From Candidatus Latescibacterota bacterium (lineage in GTDB: Bacteria > Latescibacterota > UBA2968): DNA of 64,000 bases. The DNA lies in contig OZ242320.1 of assembly GCA_965208125.1 (NCBI GenBank), positions 352,001-416,000 on the forward strand. The letters are read 5' to 3'. The position numbers and the translations under genes are program-made. Below are positions 11,657 through 22,171 of this stretch, piece after piece (position 1 is the first letter of the stretch; the number at the start of each line of letters is the position of its first letter). The notes below the pieces were generated by a model. It searched no databases. It saw nothing but the letters and a program-made list of their open reading frames with translations, and had not been told where the DNA came from.

Positions 11657-12626
11657 CCGTTTATTCCGCGACAAACTGCCAGAACAGCGCATTGCAAAAA
11701 TCGAATCGCTCTCCGAAACTCGGGCGCACACAGTCTGGAAAGTCACGACTGACCGCTCGGTATTTGCTGTAAAACATCACCTCTTTGCATCGCTCACGCG
11801 CGGCAAACCATACCACTTGCTCGCCGTTGAACAAAAAGTCACAAACCATCTCCTCGCCAGCGGCGTCTCTGTCCCCCGCATAATCGCAACCGACCACGAC
11901 ATGGTCATCTACGAATGGTGCGGCAATCACACCCTCGACGACATCTGCCAGACCACTGATCCCAGCCCATTCGCACCCACCGTCATCAACACCCTCTTCG
12001 CGCTTGAAAAAGCGTTTTACAAACACAGATCCAAATTCATCCCGCACATCGCGCCCGGATGCAGCGCAGATGACTTGCGAGAACAGTGGCACAACACCAC
12101 CCAATCACTCACAGAAACGCTTCCCCATCTCGTAACGCGCGACTCCAATGCCCCAGATCTTCTATCGATCTGGCAAACCCTCATAAACGAACTTATCCAG
12201 GTACCGCCAGTAATCGGTCCCACCGACTACAACGCCCGCAATATCGCATGTCCAAATCCAGAAACGGCAACTATTCTCGAACTCGCCAAAATAGGCTATG
12301 ACTGGCCTGCACGCCGCCTGGTACAATACACGACATCGCTCGGCGCGCACAATCCTCGCGGTCGCGTTATTGGCCTTCTCACCCCATCGCTTGTGCGACA
12401 CTATGCGCGTTTTGTATCAAAATTGTACTCAACTCCAGCCGAGACCATCCTTCTGCGCCTCAATGCGCATCACCTTATCTATCACCTGTCCGCAGCCCAT
12501 ATATGCTTGACAACGCCACACTGGCAAAATATCAAAACCCGTCTGGCACAACACAAAAACCAGATAGCCTATCCCCTCTCCAATCACCCCCTGATAAACA
12601 AATTCCGCGCATATTTTAAAAAATAA
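11640..12626 (+). CDS. Aminoglycoside phosphotransferase / kinase-like protein (divergent)
   Basis: VFAVK lysine strand, VPRII, PTDYNARNI (Brenner-like), ILELAKIGYD; overlaps the DUF362 gene end. Confidence 0.55.
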   Translation: MTEIINRLFRDKLPEQRIAKIESLSETRAHTVWKVTTDRSVFAVKHHLFASLTRGKPYHLLAVEQKVTNHLLASGVSVPRIIATDHDMVIYEWCGNHTLDDICQTTDPSPFAPTVINTLFALEKAFYKHRSKFIPHIAPGCSADDLREQWHNTTQSLTETLPHLVTRDSNAPDLLSIWQTLINELIQVPPVIGPTDYNARNIACPNPETATILELAKIGYDWPARRLVQYTTSLGAHNPRGRVIGLLTPSLVRHYARFVSKLYSTPAETILLRLNAHHLIYHLSAAHICLTTPHWQNIKTRLAQHKNQIAYPLSNHPLINKFRAYFKK

Positions 12627-12654
12627 AGGCGATCCCATTTCCTGGACCGCCTTT
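12625..12654. terminator. Probable bidirectional intrinsic terminator
   Basis: AAAGGCG-ATCCCA...TGGAC-CGCCTTT hairpin between convergent genes. Confidence 0.6.
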
Positions 12655-12680
12655 CCTACCCATTACACAATGCCCTGCCC

Positions 12681-15600
12681 TTACGCGATATTTATCACCC
12701 GCTCAAAAATCGCTCGCGTCTGTGCCATATCGTTCTTCAAAACATCTTCAAACACCTCAGCCGAATCAAATCCCATCGCCCGGGCCAAAGCTGTCAACGC
12801 CCGATCTTCGGCAGGCAAGTGGGTGCGTGCCTGCTCGTCCTGGCGCCTGATCACTTTTTCAACAGTACGCAAAAACACAAATGCTTGCTGAAGGCGTTGT
12901 GCATCTCCTGCCTCCAAAAACCCACCTTCTACCAATCTTCTCAGTGCCTCAAGTGTATTGGCACTGCGTAGCTCTGGATGATCTTTGGCGAACTTCAACT
13001 GCAAAATTTGTGCAATAAACTCGATATCTACAATCCCCCCCGCATCTGTTTTGATACTCAACACTTTACGGGATCTTTGCCCATCTTTGCGCTCCATCTT
13101 CTTGCGAATATCCAGCATAGTAGCAACTTCTTCATCTGAAAACCCGGTACCCACAATAAAAGGCTCAAACAAATTCAGCAACTTTTCTCCCAGAACCGCA
13201 TCGCCAGCGACGACCCGGCTGCGAGACAATGCCAGGCGCTCCCACGTTGACGCGCGCGTCTCCAAATAGCGACTATAAGATTCCAGAGACAGTGCCAAAA
13301 GCCCGCTCGCCCCCTCGGGACGCAACCGAGGATCCACTGGATAGAGCTTCCCCTGCGGGGTATTCTGCTCCAGCATCGCGATCATCTGCTGTGCCAGATC
13401 GATAAAAAATTGCAAATTCCCCTGCGGCCTCGCGCCATCTGTTTCGCCATCTTCGCTATATACAAATACGATATCCAGATCCGAACCAAAGCTCAATTCG
13501 CCCCCACCCATCTTGCCCAGACCCAGCACCACAAACCCGACCTCCTCGCCATTGCGATTGCGCGGCACCCCGCGCTTTTCAACCAATCGCGCATAAACCA
13601 CCTCGTAAACCACCTGCACAACCACATCAGCCAACATCGTCAGGGTCTCAAATGTTTCAAACGTATCGGTCAAGCCCACGAGATCGCGCGTCCCAAAGCG
13701 CAGCAACTCCCGATTTTTTACGGCATTTAACCCTCCTGCCAATTCGGGAGTATCGCCATACCGCTCAACTTGTGCGTGCAACTGTTCTTGCAAAGCGTCC
13801 ATACCCGGACTGAGATGCAAAACCTCTGCTTCCGGATCCAGATACAAAACCTCTGGGCGAACCAGCCAATCGAGCAATCCGGGATTGCGCCTTATCACCT
13901 GCACCAGAAATTGGCTGCCAACACACAGGGATAGCATCAGTTGGCGAAATCCTTCATGAGTTGCCAAAATTCGAAAAAACATATCGCCTGCGCCATAAGC
14001 AGACACCAGACTCTCCAGATTGCTCAACCCCTGATCCGGATCGGCTGACTCCTGAAGAGCTTGCATCAATGCCGGTGCCAATTCTGTAAAGCTCTGACGC
14101 GCCCGTGTGCCCCGAATCCGCGGCACATGCCCAAAAGCCAGATAAATGAGATTGCGATGCGCCTCGTCCGGCCGATCAAACCCAATCTCTTCTAACAATC
14201 CGCCGGCCTCTGCATCGCCTATTTCCATATTTACCAGCGCACCTATAGAACGCCCCTCGCTTTCTCGCGCCTCCGTAAAGACCTGGGCATACACCTCCTG
14301 CACAGCCTTCAAATGGACATCCAGTATTTTGCCATACGCCTCAGCAGATTCCATATCCAGCGTGCGCGCCAATATGCGCTGTTCATCCTCCCCTTCGGGC
14401 AGCGAATAATCACTCCGGTTGTGCATCATCTGCAATCGGTGTTCCAAACGCCTGAAAAATATGTAAGCATCTCTTAGCTGATCGGCTTCCTTACCCGACA
14501 GCGCAGATACCCGCTGCAACTGTCGGATAGCCTCGAGCGTGTTGTCCGACCGCGCATTCTCGTGTATGCGCCCCACCAGCAATTGCAAACACTGCACAAT
14601 AAATTCGATATCCCGGATACCACCCGAGCGCAACTTCAAATGCGTTTCGCGCTGCCCTTTGCTTCCAATCTGATCTTCTATACGCGCCTTAACGCGGTTG
14701 ATCTCCGTTGCCGGGCTGGTGTCAAAATAGCGCGGATAAACAAAGGGCTGTACCATCTTCAAAAATCGCTGTCCCAGAGCTTCAGACCCGGCACAACAAC
14801 GGGCTTTAATCAGCATCTGCCGCTCCCACAACTCGCCCCGCCGCATATAGTAGCCCTCATATCCAGAAAGAGGCATCACGAGTGCGCCAGCCGCGCCATC
14901 GGGACGCAGGCGCATATCCATGCGATACAAAAATCCCTCGGGCGTCACCTCTGTTGCCGCACGCACAATTTGCTCACACAATCGGGTGAAAAATTCCTGA
15001 TTGGTCACAGACCGTTCACCATCTGTATTGCCCTCGGCGCTATAGACAAACATCAAATCGATATCCGAACTAAAATTGAGCTCCATACCGCCCAACTTGC
15101 CCAACCCAAAAATAGCAAACTCCACGGACTGTCCATCGCCATTTCGCGGCAGGCCATAACGCGCTTGCAGGTCGGGCAACAAAATATCAATCAGCTTTTG
15201 CAAACACACATCTGCCAAAATAGACAAATCAGCCGCAACATATTGAATGGCGCGCCCACCGGCCAGATCGCCCACGCCAATATGCAACAACTCACGTCGC
15301 GCACTTCGCCGAACAGCATTGAGCTTATCTTCGCGCGTATCCACAGCCTCGACGGCCCGACCAAAAGACGCCAGCAATTGTTCTTTATCACACGATTGCT
15401 CAAAGTGGTCGGGAGCATCTGACAACCAGTCAAAAATATCGGGGTCGCGCACCAGCATATCAGCCATAAAAGGACTACCGCCCAAAACGCACAACAACAT
15501 GCGACACAACTCGGGAGACTCTTTGAGCGTGTGCAAAAACGACGCGCGACTGGCCTGCACGATGCGCACAAAATTATGCAGTGCCATATCGGGGTCGGGC

Positions 15601-15758
15601 GCATCGACCAACGCCTGAAAAAAATCATCGGGAAGTTGACCATCAGCCTCTGAGCCAGCCAACTCTTCGAGATTGTGCAACGCGCGTTCAACATCTCGAA
15701 ATCCCGCCCGTACAAGCGCTTCTTTTGCGCCGGGTGTATCAAAATCAAAAATGTCCAT
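12681..15758 (-). CDS. glnE: Bifunctional glutamine synthetase adenylyltransferase / adenylyl-removing enzyme
   Basis: Two nucleotidyltransferase repeats (GLGKLGGMELNFSSDIDL, GLGKMGGGELSFGSDLDI), RLRP motifs, GGIRDIEF. Confidence 0.95.
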   Translation of the reverse strand: MDIFDFDTPGAKEALVRAGFRDVERALHNLEELAGSEADGQLPDDFFQALVDAPDPDMALHNFVRIVQASRASFLHTLKESPELCRMLLCVLGGSPFMADMLVRDPDIFDWLSDAPDHFEQSCDKEQLLASFGRAVEAVDTREDKLNAVRRSARRELLHIGVGDLAGGRAIQYVAADLSILADVCLQKLIDILLPDLQARYGLPRNGDGQSVEFAIFGLGKLGGMELNFSSDIDLMFVYSAEGNTDGERSVTNQEFFTRLCEQIVRAATEVTPEGFLYRMDMRLRPDGAAGALVMPLSGYEGYYMRRGELWERQMLIKARCCAGSEALGQRFLKMVQPFVYPRYFDTSPATEINRVKARIEDQIGSKGQRETHLKLRSGGIRDIEFIVQCLQLLVGRIHENARSDNTLEAIRQLQRVSALSGKEADQLRDAYIFFRRLEHRLQMMHNRSDYSLPEGEDEQRILARTLDMESAEAYGKILDVHLKAVQEVYAQVFTEARESEGRSIGALVNMEIGDAEAGGLLEEIGFDRPDEAHRNLIYLAFGHVPRIRGTRARQSFTELAPALMQALQESADPDQGLSNLESLVSAYGAGDMFFRILATHEGFRQLMLSLCVGSQFLVQVIRRNPGLLDWLVRPEVLYLDPEAEVLHLSPGMDALQEQLHAQVERYGDTPELAGGLNAVKNRELLRFGTRDLVGLTDTFETFETLTMLADVVVQVVYEVVYARLVEKRGVPRNRNGEEVGFVVLGLGKMGGGELSFGSDLDIVFVYSEDGETDGARPQGNLQFFIDLAQQMIAMLEQNTPQGKLYPVDPRLRPEGASGLLALSLESYSRYLETRASTWERLALSRSRVVAGDAVLGEKLLNLFEPFIVGTGFSDEEVATMLDIRKKMERKDGQRSRKVLSIKTDAGGIVDIEFIAQILQLKFAKDHPELRSANTLEALRRLVEGGFLEAGDAQRLQQAFVFLRTVEKVIRRQDEQARTHLPAEDRALTALARAMGFDSAEVFEDVLKNDMAQTRAIFERVINIA

Positions 15759-15784
15759 AATGAACCTCAGACCATAAGAAAGTT

Positions 15785-16262
<478 letters not shown>

Positions 16263-16305
16263 CAATACAATATATTCCGACAATCACATCTGTTCAAATG
16301 CGTTG

Positions 16306-16334
16306 TTGACACCCTGAAAAAAAATCTATATCCT
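16306..16334 (+). promoter_or_regulatory. Sigma70-type promoter for cupin-HAD genes
   Basis: TTGACA, 17 bp spacer, TATCCT. Confidence 0.6.
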
Positions 16335-16379
16335 GTGCCTATTCAAAAATCATCACCAATACGCGAAAAAGGAAACGCT

Positions 16380-16733
16380 ATGCCTGTAACGAGACTATCG
16401 GAAACCACAGCCGAAGAATTTCCCTGGGGCACCCTCAACTGGCTCATGGGCCAGGCCATTAATCCCGATGCCAAACAGACTTTTGGCATGGCCGTCATTC
16501 AACCCGGCCAGCAGAATCCACCGCATTACCATCCCAATTGTGAAGAAATCCTCTACGTCGTCTCAGGAACATGCGAACACACGTACGGCGACGACAGCTA
16601 TCAGCTCAAACCGGGCGATAGCATCCGGGTTCCCGCTGGCGTGATCCATCACGCCATCAACAACGGCGATGAGCCGCTACGCGCAATCATCTCCTTTTCA
16701 TCGGGCGACCGTCAAACCGTATTTCTCGAATAG
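16380..16733 (+). CDS. Cupin domain protein
   Basis: PGQQNPPHYHPNCEEILYVVSG and GDSIRVPAGVIH cupin motifs; ATG at 16380 after AAGGA. Confidence 0.9.
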   Translation: MPVTRLSETTAEEFPWGTLNWLMGQAINPDAKQTFGMAVIQPGQQNPPHYHPNCEEILYVVSGTCEHTYGDDSYQLKPGDSIRVPAGVIHHAINNGDEPLRAIISFSSGDRQTVFLE

Positions 16734-16740
16734 GCAAACA

Positions 16741-17310
16741 ATGACTATTCGAGCCATCATCTTCGACATGGACGGTACACTCACAGAATCTTACATCAAC
16801 TGGCCGGATCTGCGATCAAAAATCAATTGCCCACCCGAAAAAACCATCATCCAACACATCGACAGTTTGCCGACAAAACAACGCAAACAGGCCAATGATA
16901 TTCTTCTCGAAAAAGAATGGGAAGCAGCACAACACGCCGCCATTCGCGCTGGTGCAACAGAACTCATCGACGCACTACGAGCGCGCAAGTACAAACTCGG
17001 CCTGGTCACCAACAACCACGGTGCCGCCATGCACCGTGTGATCAACCGACTCAACCGCGCCTTTGACATCGCCCTCAGCCGAGACGACGGTCCCATAAAA
17101 CCCAGCCCCTACCTCATCCACAAAACACTCCAGGCCCTCGACACTTCCCCAAACGAAGCCATAAGCATCGGCGACAGCCGCTACGATCTCATGGCCTCTA
17201 CCGCCGCCCGCGTGCGCTGTATTCACTTCACCGGTGGCGCATCCGACCTCGCGCACGATCTCCAGGTCGCGTCACTATATGCGATCATACCGCTCCTGGA
17301 TCGGCTTTAG
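16741..17310 (+). CDS. HAD family hydrolase / phosphatase
   Basis: FDMDGTL, VTNN, KPSP, IGDSRYD. Confidence 0.9.
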   Translation: MTIRAIIFDMDGTLTESYINWPDLRSKINCPPEKTIIQHIDSLPTKQRKQANDILLEKEWEAAQHAAIRAGATELIDALRARKYKLGLVTNNHGAAMHRVINRLNRAFDIALSRDDGPIKPSPYLIHKTLQALDTSPNEAISIGDSRYDLMASTAARVRCIHFTGGASDLAHDLQVASLYAIIPLLDRL

Positions 17311-18481
17311 CAGACACCAACCTTTCTACGCACATTCGGATACGCGCCAGAGCCTTTTCGATATTTTCCACAGAATTCGCGTAAGAAAACCGCAAATACC
17401 CCTCGCCATATTCCCCAAAGTCCGACCCCGCCAGACACGCTACGTGTCCCTCATTCAAAATCACATCCGCAATTTCTGCAGATGATCTGCCCAATCCAGT
17501 GATATTTGGAAACGCGTAAAAAGCACCCTCGGGCATCGGGCATGTAATCCCCTCAATCGCATTCAAACCCTCAACAATAATCGCACGCCGTTTGCGAAAC
17601 GCAGCCATCATATCCCCAACTGCATCCTGTGGACCCTTCAATGCAGCCACAGCCGCCATTTGCGTAAACGCAGCCGTACACGAATTGCTATTGACCATCA
17701 GCCGGTCAAAATGCGGGACGAGATCCATCGGCATCACGCCATAGCCAATGCGCCAGCCCGTCATCGCATACGTCTTGGAAAACCCATCGAGAATAATCAA
17801 CAAATCGGCAATACCCTCACACGCCGAAATGCTGTGAAACGCATCGCCATAGACCATCCGGGAATAAATCTCATCGGACAACACGGGAATCTGATGCTCG
17901 ACCGCCACCTCGGCAATCGCCTTCAAATCGCCTTCTGGAATCACGCCACCCGTGGGATTTTGCGGTGAATTTAGAATAATCAGCTTTGTGCGTTCCGTCA
18001 CCAGATCGCGCAACTGATCCGCATCCAGGCTAAACCCGCGATCCTCCGTCAGAGGCACAGGCACGGGTTGAGCACCCGCAAAGCGAATCACCGACTCGTA
18101 AATCGGAAAACCCGGATTCGGATAAATCACCTCATCGCCCTGCTCTGCCAATGCGAGAATAGAATAAAACATAATCGGCTTGGCACCGGGCGTCACCACC
18201 ACCTGATCGGGATGCACGTCAATCTGTCGCTTTGTCGAAATCTCTTCGGCTATTGCCTCGCGCAACTCGGGCAATCCCACGGGCGGACCGTAATGCGTAA
18301 ACCCATCTGACAGCGCTCTTTGTCCCGCCTCGACAATATGTGCGGGCGTATCAAAATCCGGCTCGCCAATTTCCAGATGCACCACATCGTGCCCCATCGC
18401 TTCCAGAGCACGCGCCTTTACCAGCACCTCAAAAGCAGACTCCGTACCCAAAAGCGACATGCGATTTGCAATATTCATCAT
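17285..18481 (-). CDS. PLP-dependent class I/II (aspartate-type) aminotransferase
   Basis: GEPDFDTP, NSPQNPTG, SDEIY, GFSKTYAMTGWRIG. Confidence 0.93.
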   Translation of the reverse strand: MMNIANRMSLLGTESAFEVLVKARALEAMGHDVVHLEIGEPDFDTPAHIVEAGQRALSDGFTHYGPPVGLPELREAIAEEISTKRQIDVHPDQVVVTPGAKPIMFYSILALAEQGDEVIYPNPGFPIYESVIRFAGAQPVPVPLTEDRGFSLDADQLRDLVTERTKLIILNSPQNPTGGVIPEGDLKAIAEVAVEHQIPVLSDEIYSRMVYGDAFHSISACEGIADLLIILDGFSKTYAMTGWRIGYGVMPMDLVPHFDRLMVNSNSCTAAFTQMAAVAALKGPQDAVGDMMAAFRKRRAIIVEGLNAIEGITCPMPEGAFYAFPNITGLGRSSAEIADVILNEGHVACLAGSDFGEYGEGYLRFSYANSVENIEKALARIRMCVERLVSAKADPGAV

Positions 18482-18494
18482 CTCACCTCACGCC

Positions 18495-19058
18495 TTATTT
18501 GATAACAATTGCGTGTGCAACTTCGGGACCGTGAACCCCCAGCGTCAGCCGCATCTCAATATCTGCGGTTCGGCTCGGTCCAGAAATAAAAGTCGCCGTT
18601 GCATTTTCGGGATGATCCAGATAAAACTGGCGCAACGGCTCAGCCGCATCCCTCAAATTCTCCAGCAGCGTACTCGCCTTAAAAATACCGATATGTACTC
18701 GGGGCAACGTCGAAACGAGACGCACGGCATCATCCAGAGCAAACTCGACGAGACTTCCCGACTCAGCCACCGCAAAAACCGCCCAGGACACCCCCGCCTC
18801 GGCAGCATCAATCGCGTGGGGCAATTCAGCACTGTCAAAAGGCGGCACGTGCACATCAATCCCCGCATCCACACACGCACGTTCAACAGCATCGTCTAAC
18901 CCATCGGGCAACTCGGCAAACACAACCCGCTTACAACCCACCTCCCTGAGCACATTGACCACAATAGGCGCAACTGCATCAGCACCCTCAGCCACATGTG
19001 CGACACCGGACAAAGACGCGTACTTTTTGACAAAAGCATCAATCAATTCATCACTCAT
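18495..19058 (-). CDS. lutC: LUD domain protein (LutC/YkgG)
   Basis: AVAESGS, FISGPSRTADIEMRLTLGVHGP; start set at MSDEL after GGTGGA. Confidence 0.85.
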   Translation of the reverse strand: MSDELIDAFVKKYASLSGVAHVAEGADAVAPIVVNVLREVGCKRVVFAELPDGLDDAVERACVDAGIDVHVPPFDSAELPHAIDAAEAGVSWAVFAVAESGSLVEFALDDAVRLVSTLPRVHIGIFKASTLLENLRDAAEPLRQFYLDHPENATATFISGPSRTADIEMRLTLGVHGPEVAHAIVIK

Positions 19059-19145
19059 AATCCACCTATCAATAGAAGTTTGAAAGACATTCAAAGTAAT
19101 GCGAAACACTGTTTGACGCAAGTACACATACGGAGTACACCACTA

Positions 19146-19180
19146 CTTTACCCTTTACCCTTTGCACGCTGCACTTTATC
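19146..19180. repeat. Degenerate heptamer-periodic repeat
   Basis: CTTTACC CTTTACC CTTTGCA CGCTGCA CTTTATC. Confidence 0.5.
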
Positions 19181-19226
19181 TTATCCCCATTCCGCACGCA
19201 CTATCCATTGTTCACTGGAAACTACC

Positions 19227-20225
19227 ATGCACTCTCCAATACGCATCGCACAAATCGGCCTTGGGCCACTCGGCCAGATGCTCACCCCTTATCTGGTAAA
19301 ACGATCGGGCATTGAAATCGTCAGTGCCGTTGACATTGACCCATCCAAAACAGGTCAGGACCTGGGCGAAGTTAGCCAATGTGACCAACCCCTCGGCATA
19401 GCCATCACCGATGATCTCGACAGGGGATTGGCCAACGCAGACCTCGCCGTAGTGACAACCGTATCAGAACTCCAGCGCATCGCCCCCACCTTAAAAGCAA
19501 TTATCGACCGGGGCGTCAACATCGTTTCAACCTGCGAAGAACTGTCTTATCCCTGGACAAAACAACCCGAATTATCCGCAACCATCGACACCTGGGCAAA
19601 AGAACGCGATGTCTCAGTCCTCGGAACCGGCATCAACCCCGGCTTTCTCATGGACTTCTTGCCCACAGCGGCCACGGGCGTGTGTCACACCGTGCAATCC
19701 ATACGCATAGAACGCATCCAGGACGCCTCCGCGCGCCGTCTCCCCTTTCAGCAAAAAATAGGTGCTGGCCTCACCGTCGAAGAATTCCAGAGCCTCGTCG
19801 CCCAACAAAAAATCCGACATGTCGGCCTCACCGAATCCATGCACATGATCGCGGCGCGATTGGGATGGCAACTCGACCACACCGAAGACATCGTAGAACC
19901 CGTCCTCGCAAAACCGGGACATTGTGCAGGCGTACTACAAACGGGGCGGGGATACCACAACGGGCGGGAAGTCCTCACCCTCATCTTCAAAGCCGCAGTC
20001 GGACAACTGATACACAACGGCGACTCAATCGAATCTCAGGAGCGCATCCAGATCAATGGCACGCCTGCTTATGACCTCATCATACCCGGCGGCATCAACG
20101 GCGACATCGCCACCTGTGCGGTCATCGCCAATGCCATCCCAATAGTCGCATCTGCCGCACCCGGACTGCGCACCATGATCGACATCCCCCCACTCTCCTG
20201 CGCCCAGGAAATCCCCGAGGGATAA
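19227..20225 (+). CDS. Dihydrodipicolinate reductase-like / 2,4-diaminopentanoate dehydrogenase family oxidoreductase
   Basis: Rossmann GLGPLG, STCEELSYP, GTGINPGFLMD, GDIAT. Confidence 0.8.
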   Translation: MHSPIRIAQIGLGPLGQMLTPYLVKRSGIEIVSAVDIDPSKTGQDLGEVSQCDQPLGIAITDDLDRGLANADLAVVTTVSELQRIAPTLKAIIDRGVNIVSTCEELSYPWTKQPELSATIDTWAKERDVSVLGTGINPGFLMDFLPTAATGVCHTVQSIRIERIQDASARRLPFQQKIGAGLTVEEFQSLVAQQKIRHVGLTESMHMIAARLGWQLDHTEDIVEPVLAKPGHCAGVLQTGRGYHNGREVLTLIFKAAVGQLIHNGDSIESQERIQINGTPAYDLIIPGGINGDIATCAVIANAIPIVASAAPGLRTMIDIPPLSCAQEIPEG

Positions 20226-22106
20226 ATGCCACCTGCTCTAAGCGATTTTGACCTGCACCTGCACAGCGAAGGCAATCACCACCACATCTACGACTGCCTC
20301 GGCGCACACCCCACAGAAAAAGGCGTGCGTTTTGCCGTATGGGCACCCAATGCCCAGCGCGTAAGCGTGGTTGGCGACTTCAACGCCTGGAATGGATGCC
20401 AGCACCCCATGCAAAACAGAGGCAGCACGGGTGTATGGGAACTATTCATCCCCGACCTGACGCCCGGCATCCTCTACAAATACGAAATCAAAACCCAAAA
20501 CGGCGATATCTTTACCAAAAGCGACCCCTATGCCTTCTGCATCGAACATCGCCCGCGCACAGCCTCTGTCGTGTACCAGCCCGACGACGCCCTGTGGTCC
20601 GATGCCGATTGGCTGCAAACCCGCCAGACAAGAGACCCATACACAGAACCAATCGCCATATACGAAGTACACCCCGGATCCTGGCGGCGCAATCCACACG
20701 AAGGCAACCGACCACTCACCTATCGCGAACTCGCGAATGAACTCGTCGAATACGTCCTCGAAATGGGCTACACCCACATCGAACTCCTCCCCATCATGGA
20801 ACACCCCTTAGACGAATCCTGGGGATATCAGATCACGGGCTATTACGCGCCAACCAGCCGTTTTGGCACGCCAGATGATTTCAAATACCTCGTCAACCAT
20901 TGCCACACCCATGGCATAGGCGTCATCCTCGACTGGGTACCCGCACACTTCCCAACAGACGCACATGGACTCGCACAATTCGATGGCTCGGCCCTGTACG
21001 AACACGCCGATCCCCGGCAAGGGACACACCCCGATTGGGACACCTTAATTTTCAATTACGGACGCAATGAAGTGCGAAACTTTCTGATCGCCAATGCCCT
21101 CTTCTGGATCGAAAAATACCACATCGACGGCTTGCGCGTCGATGCAGTCGCATCCATGCTCTACCTCGATTATTCGCGCAAAGAAGGCGAATGGATCCCC
21201 AACCAATATGGCGGCAGGGAAAATTTAGACGCCATCGCCTTTATGCATCAGCTCAATACCCTGATCCACGAAAAGTTCCCGGGCGTCTTGATGATCGCCG
21301 AAGAATCGACCTCCTGGCCCGGCGTCTCCCGCCCCGTTTATCTGGGCGGCCTCGGCTTTGGATTCAAATGGAACATGGGCTGGATGAACGACACCCTATC
21401 CTACATCTCCAAAGAACCGATCCACCGCAAATACCACCACGACAACCTCACCTTTGGCCTCGTCTATGCCTTCCACGAAAACTTTATCCTCGTACTCTCC
21501 CACGACGAAGTCGTCCACGGCAAACGCGCCCTCATAGACAAAATGCCCGGCGACCGCTGGCAAAAATTTGCCAATCTGCGCGTCTTTTACGCTTTTCAAT
21601 ACGCCCATCCCGGCAAAAAGTTGCTCTTTATGGGCGGCGAACTCGGACAGTGGCAAGAGTGGAACTCACAGGAAAGCGTACACTGGCACCTGCTCGCAGA
21701 ACCCGACCACGCGGGCCTGAAGCGCTTTGTAAGAGACCTCAACACCCTCTACCGGGGAGAACCCGCACTCTACGAACAAGATTTTGACCCCGAAGGCTTT
21801 GAATGGATCTCGCTCCACGACGCCTCAAACAGCGTCCTATCCTTCCTGCGCCGCGCGCGCTCACACAATGCCCCTTTGATCTTTGCCTGCAACTTTACCC
21901 CCGTCCCAAGAGAAAACTACCGCATAGGCGTACCCACACCCGGCACCTATCGCGAACTCATCAACAGCGATTCCGAACGCTATGGCGGCAGCAACATGGG
22001 CAATCTCGGCACCGTCCACACCGAACCCATTGCAAGTCACGGCCATCCGCAATCTCTGCAAATCACCCTCCCTCCACTCGCCGCTGTCATATTCAAACCC
22101 GGGTAA
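20226..22106 (+). CDS. glgB: 1,4-alpha-glucan branching enzyme (GH13)
   Basis: [42 protein letters not shown]. Confidence 0.97.
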   Translation: MPPALSDFDLHLHSEGNHHHIYDCLGAHPTEKGVRFAVWAPNAQRVSVVGDFNAWNGCQHPMQNRGSTGVWELFIPDLTPGILYKYEIKTQNGDIFTKSDPYAFCIEHRPRTASVVYQPDDALWSDADWLQTRQTRDPYTEPIAIYEVHPGSWRRNPHEGNRPLTYRELANELVEYVLEMGYTHIELLPIMEHPLDESWGYQITGYYAPTSRFGTPDDFKYLVNHCHTHGIGVILDWVPAHFPTDAHGLAQFDGSALYEHADPRQGTHPDWDTLIFNYGRNEVRNFLIANALFWIEKYHIDGLRVDAVASMLYLDYSRKEGEWIPNQYGGRENLDAIAFMHQLNTLIHEKFPGVLMIAEESTSWPGVSRPVYLGGLGFGFKWNMGWMNDTLSYISKEPIHRKYHHDNLTFGLVYAFHENFILVLSHDEVVHGKRALIDKMPGDRWQKFANLRVFYAFQYAHPGKKLLFMGGELGQWQEWNSQESVHWHLLAEPDHAGLKRFVRDLNTLYRGEPALYEQDFDPEGFEWISLHDASNSVLSFLRRARSHNAPLIFACNFTPVPRENYRIGVPTPGTYRELINSDSERYGGSNMGNLGTVHTEPIASHGHPQSLQITLPPLAAVIFKPG

Positions 22107-22117
22107 AATGCAAAAAA

Positions 22118-22149
22118 TTGGGACTTGATCTTTGAAGGTCAAGTCCCAA
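22118..22149. terminator. Bidirectional terminator hairpin
   Basis: TTGGGACTTGA / TCAAGTCCCAA perfect 11-bp arms, A-run before and T-run after. Confidence 0.75.
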
Positions 22150-22171
22150 ACGTTTTATATCGCCCTGTTTT

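Noticed and set aside
17285-17310. Convergent 3' overlap of the HAD and aminotransferase genes
   Set aside because: Short tail-to-tail overlaps are ordinary in compact genomes.
18996-19226. N-terminal extensions given in the ORF track (also at 911, 16194, 24654 and 57603)
   Set aside because: They overlap neighbouring genes or promoters; downstream ATGs fit the RBSs and family N-termini better.
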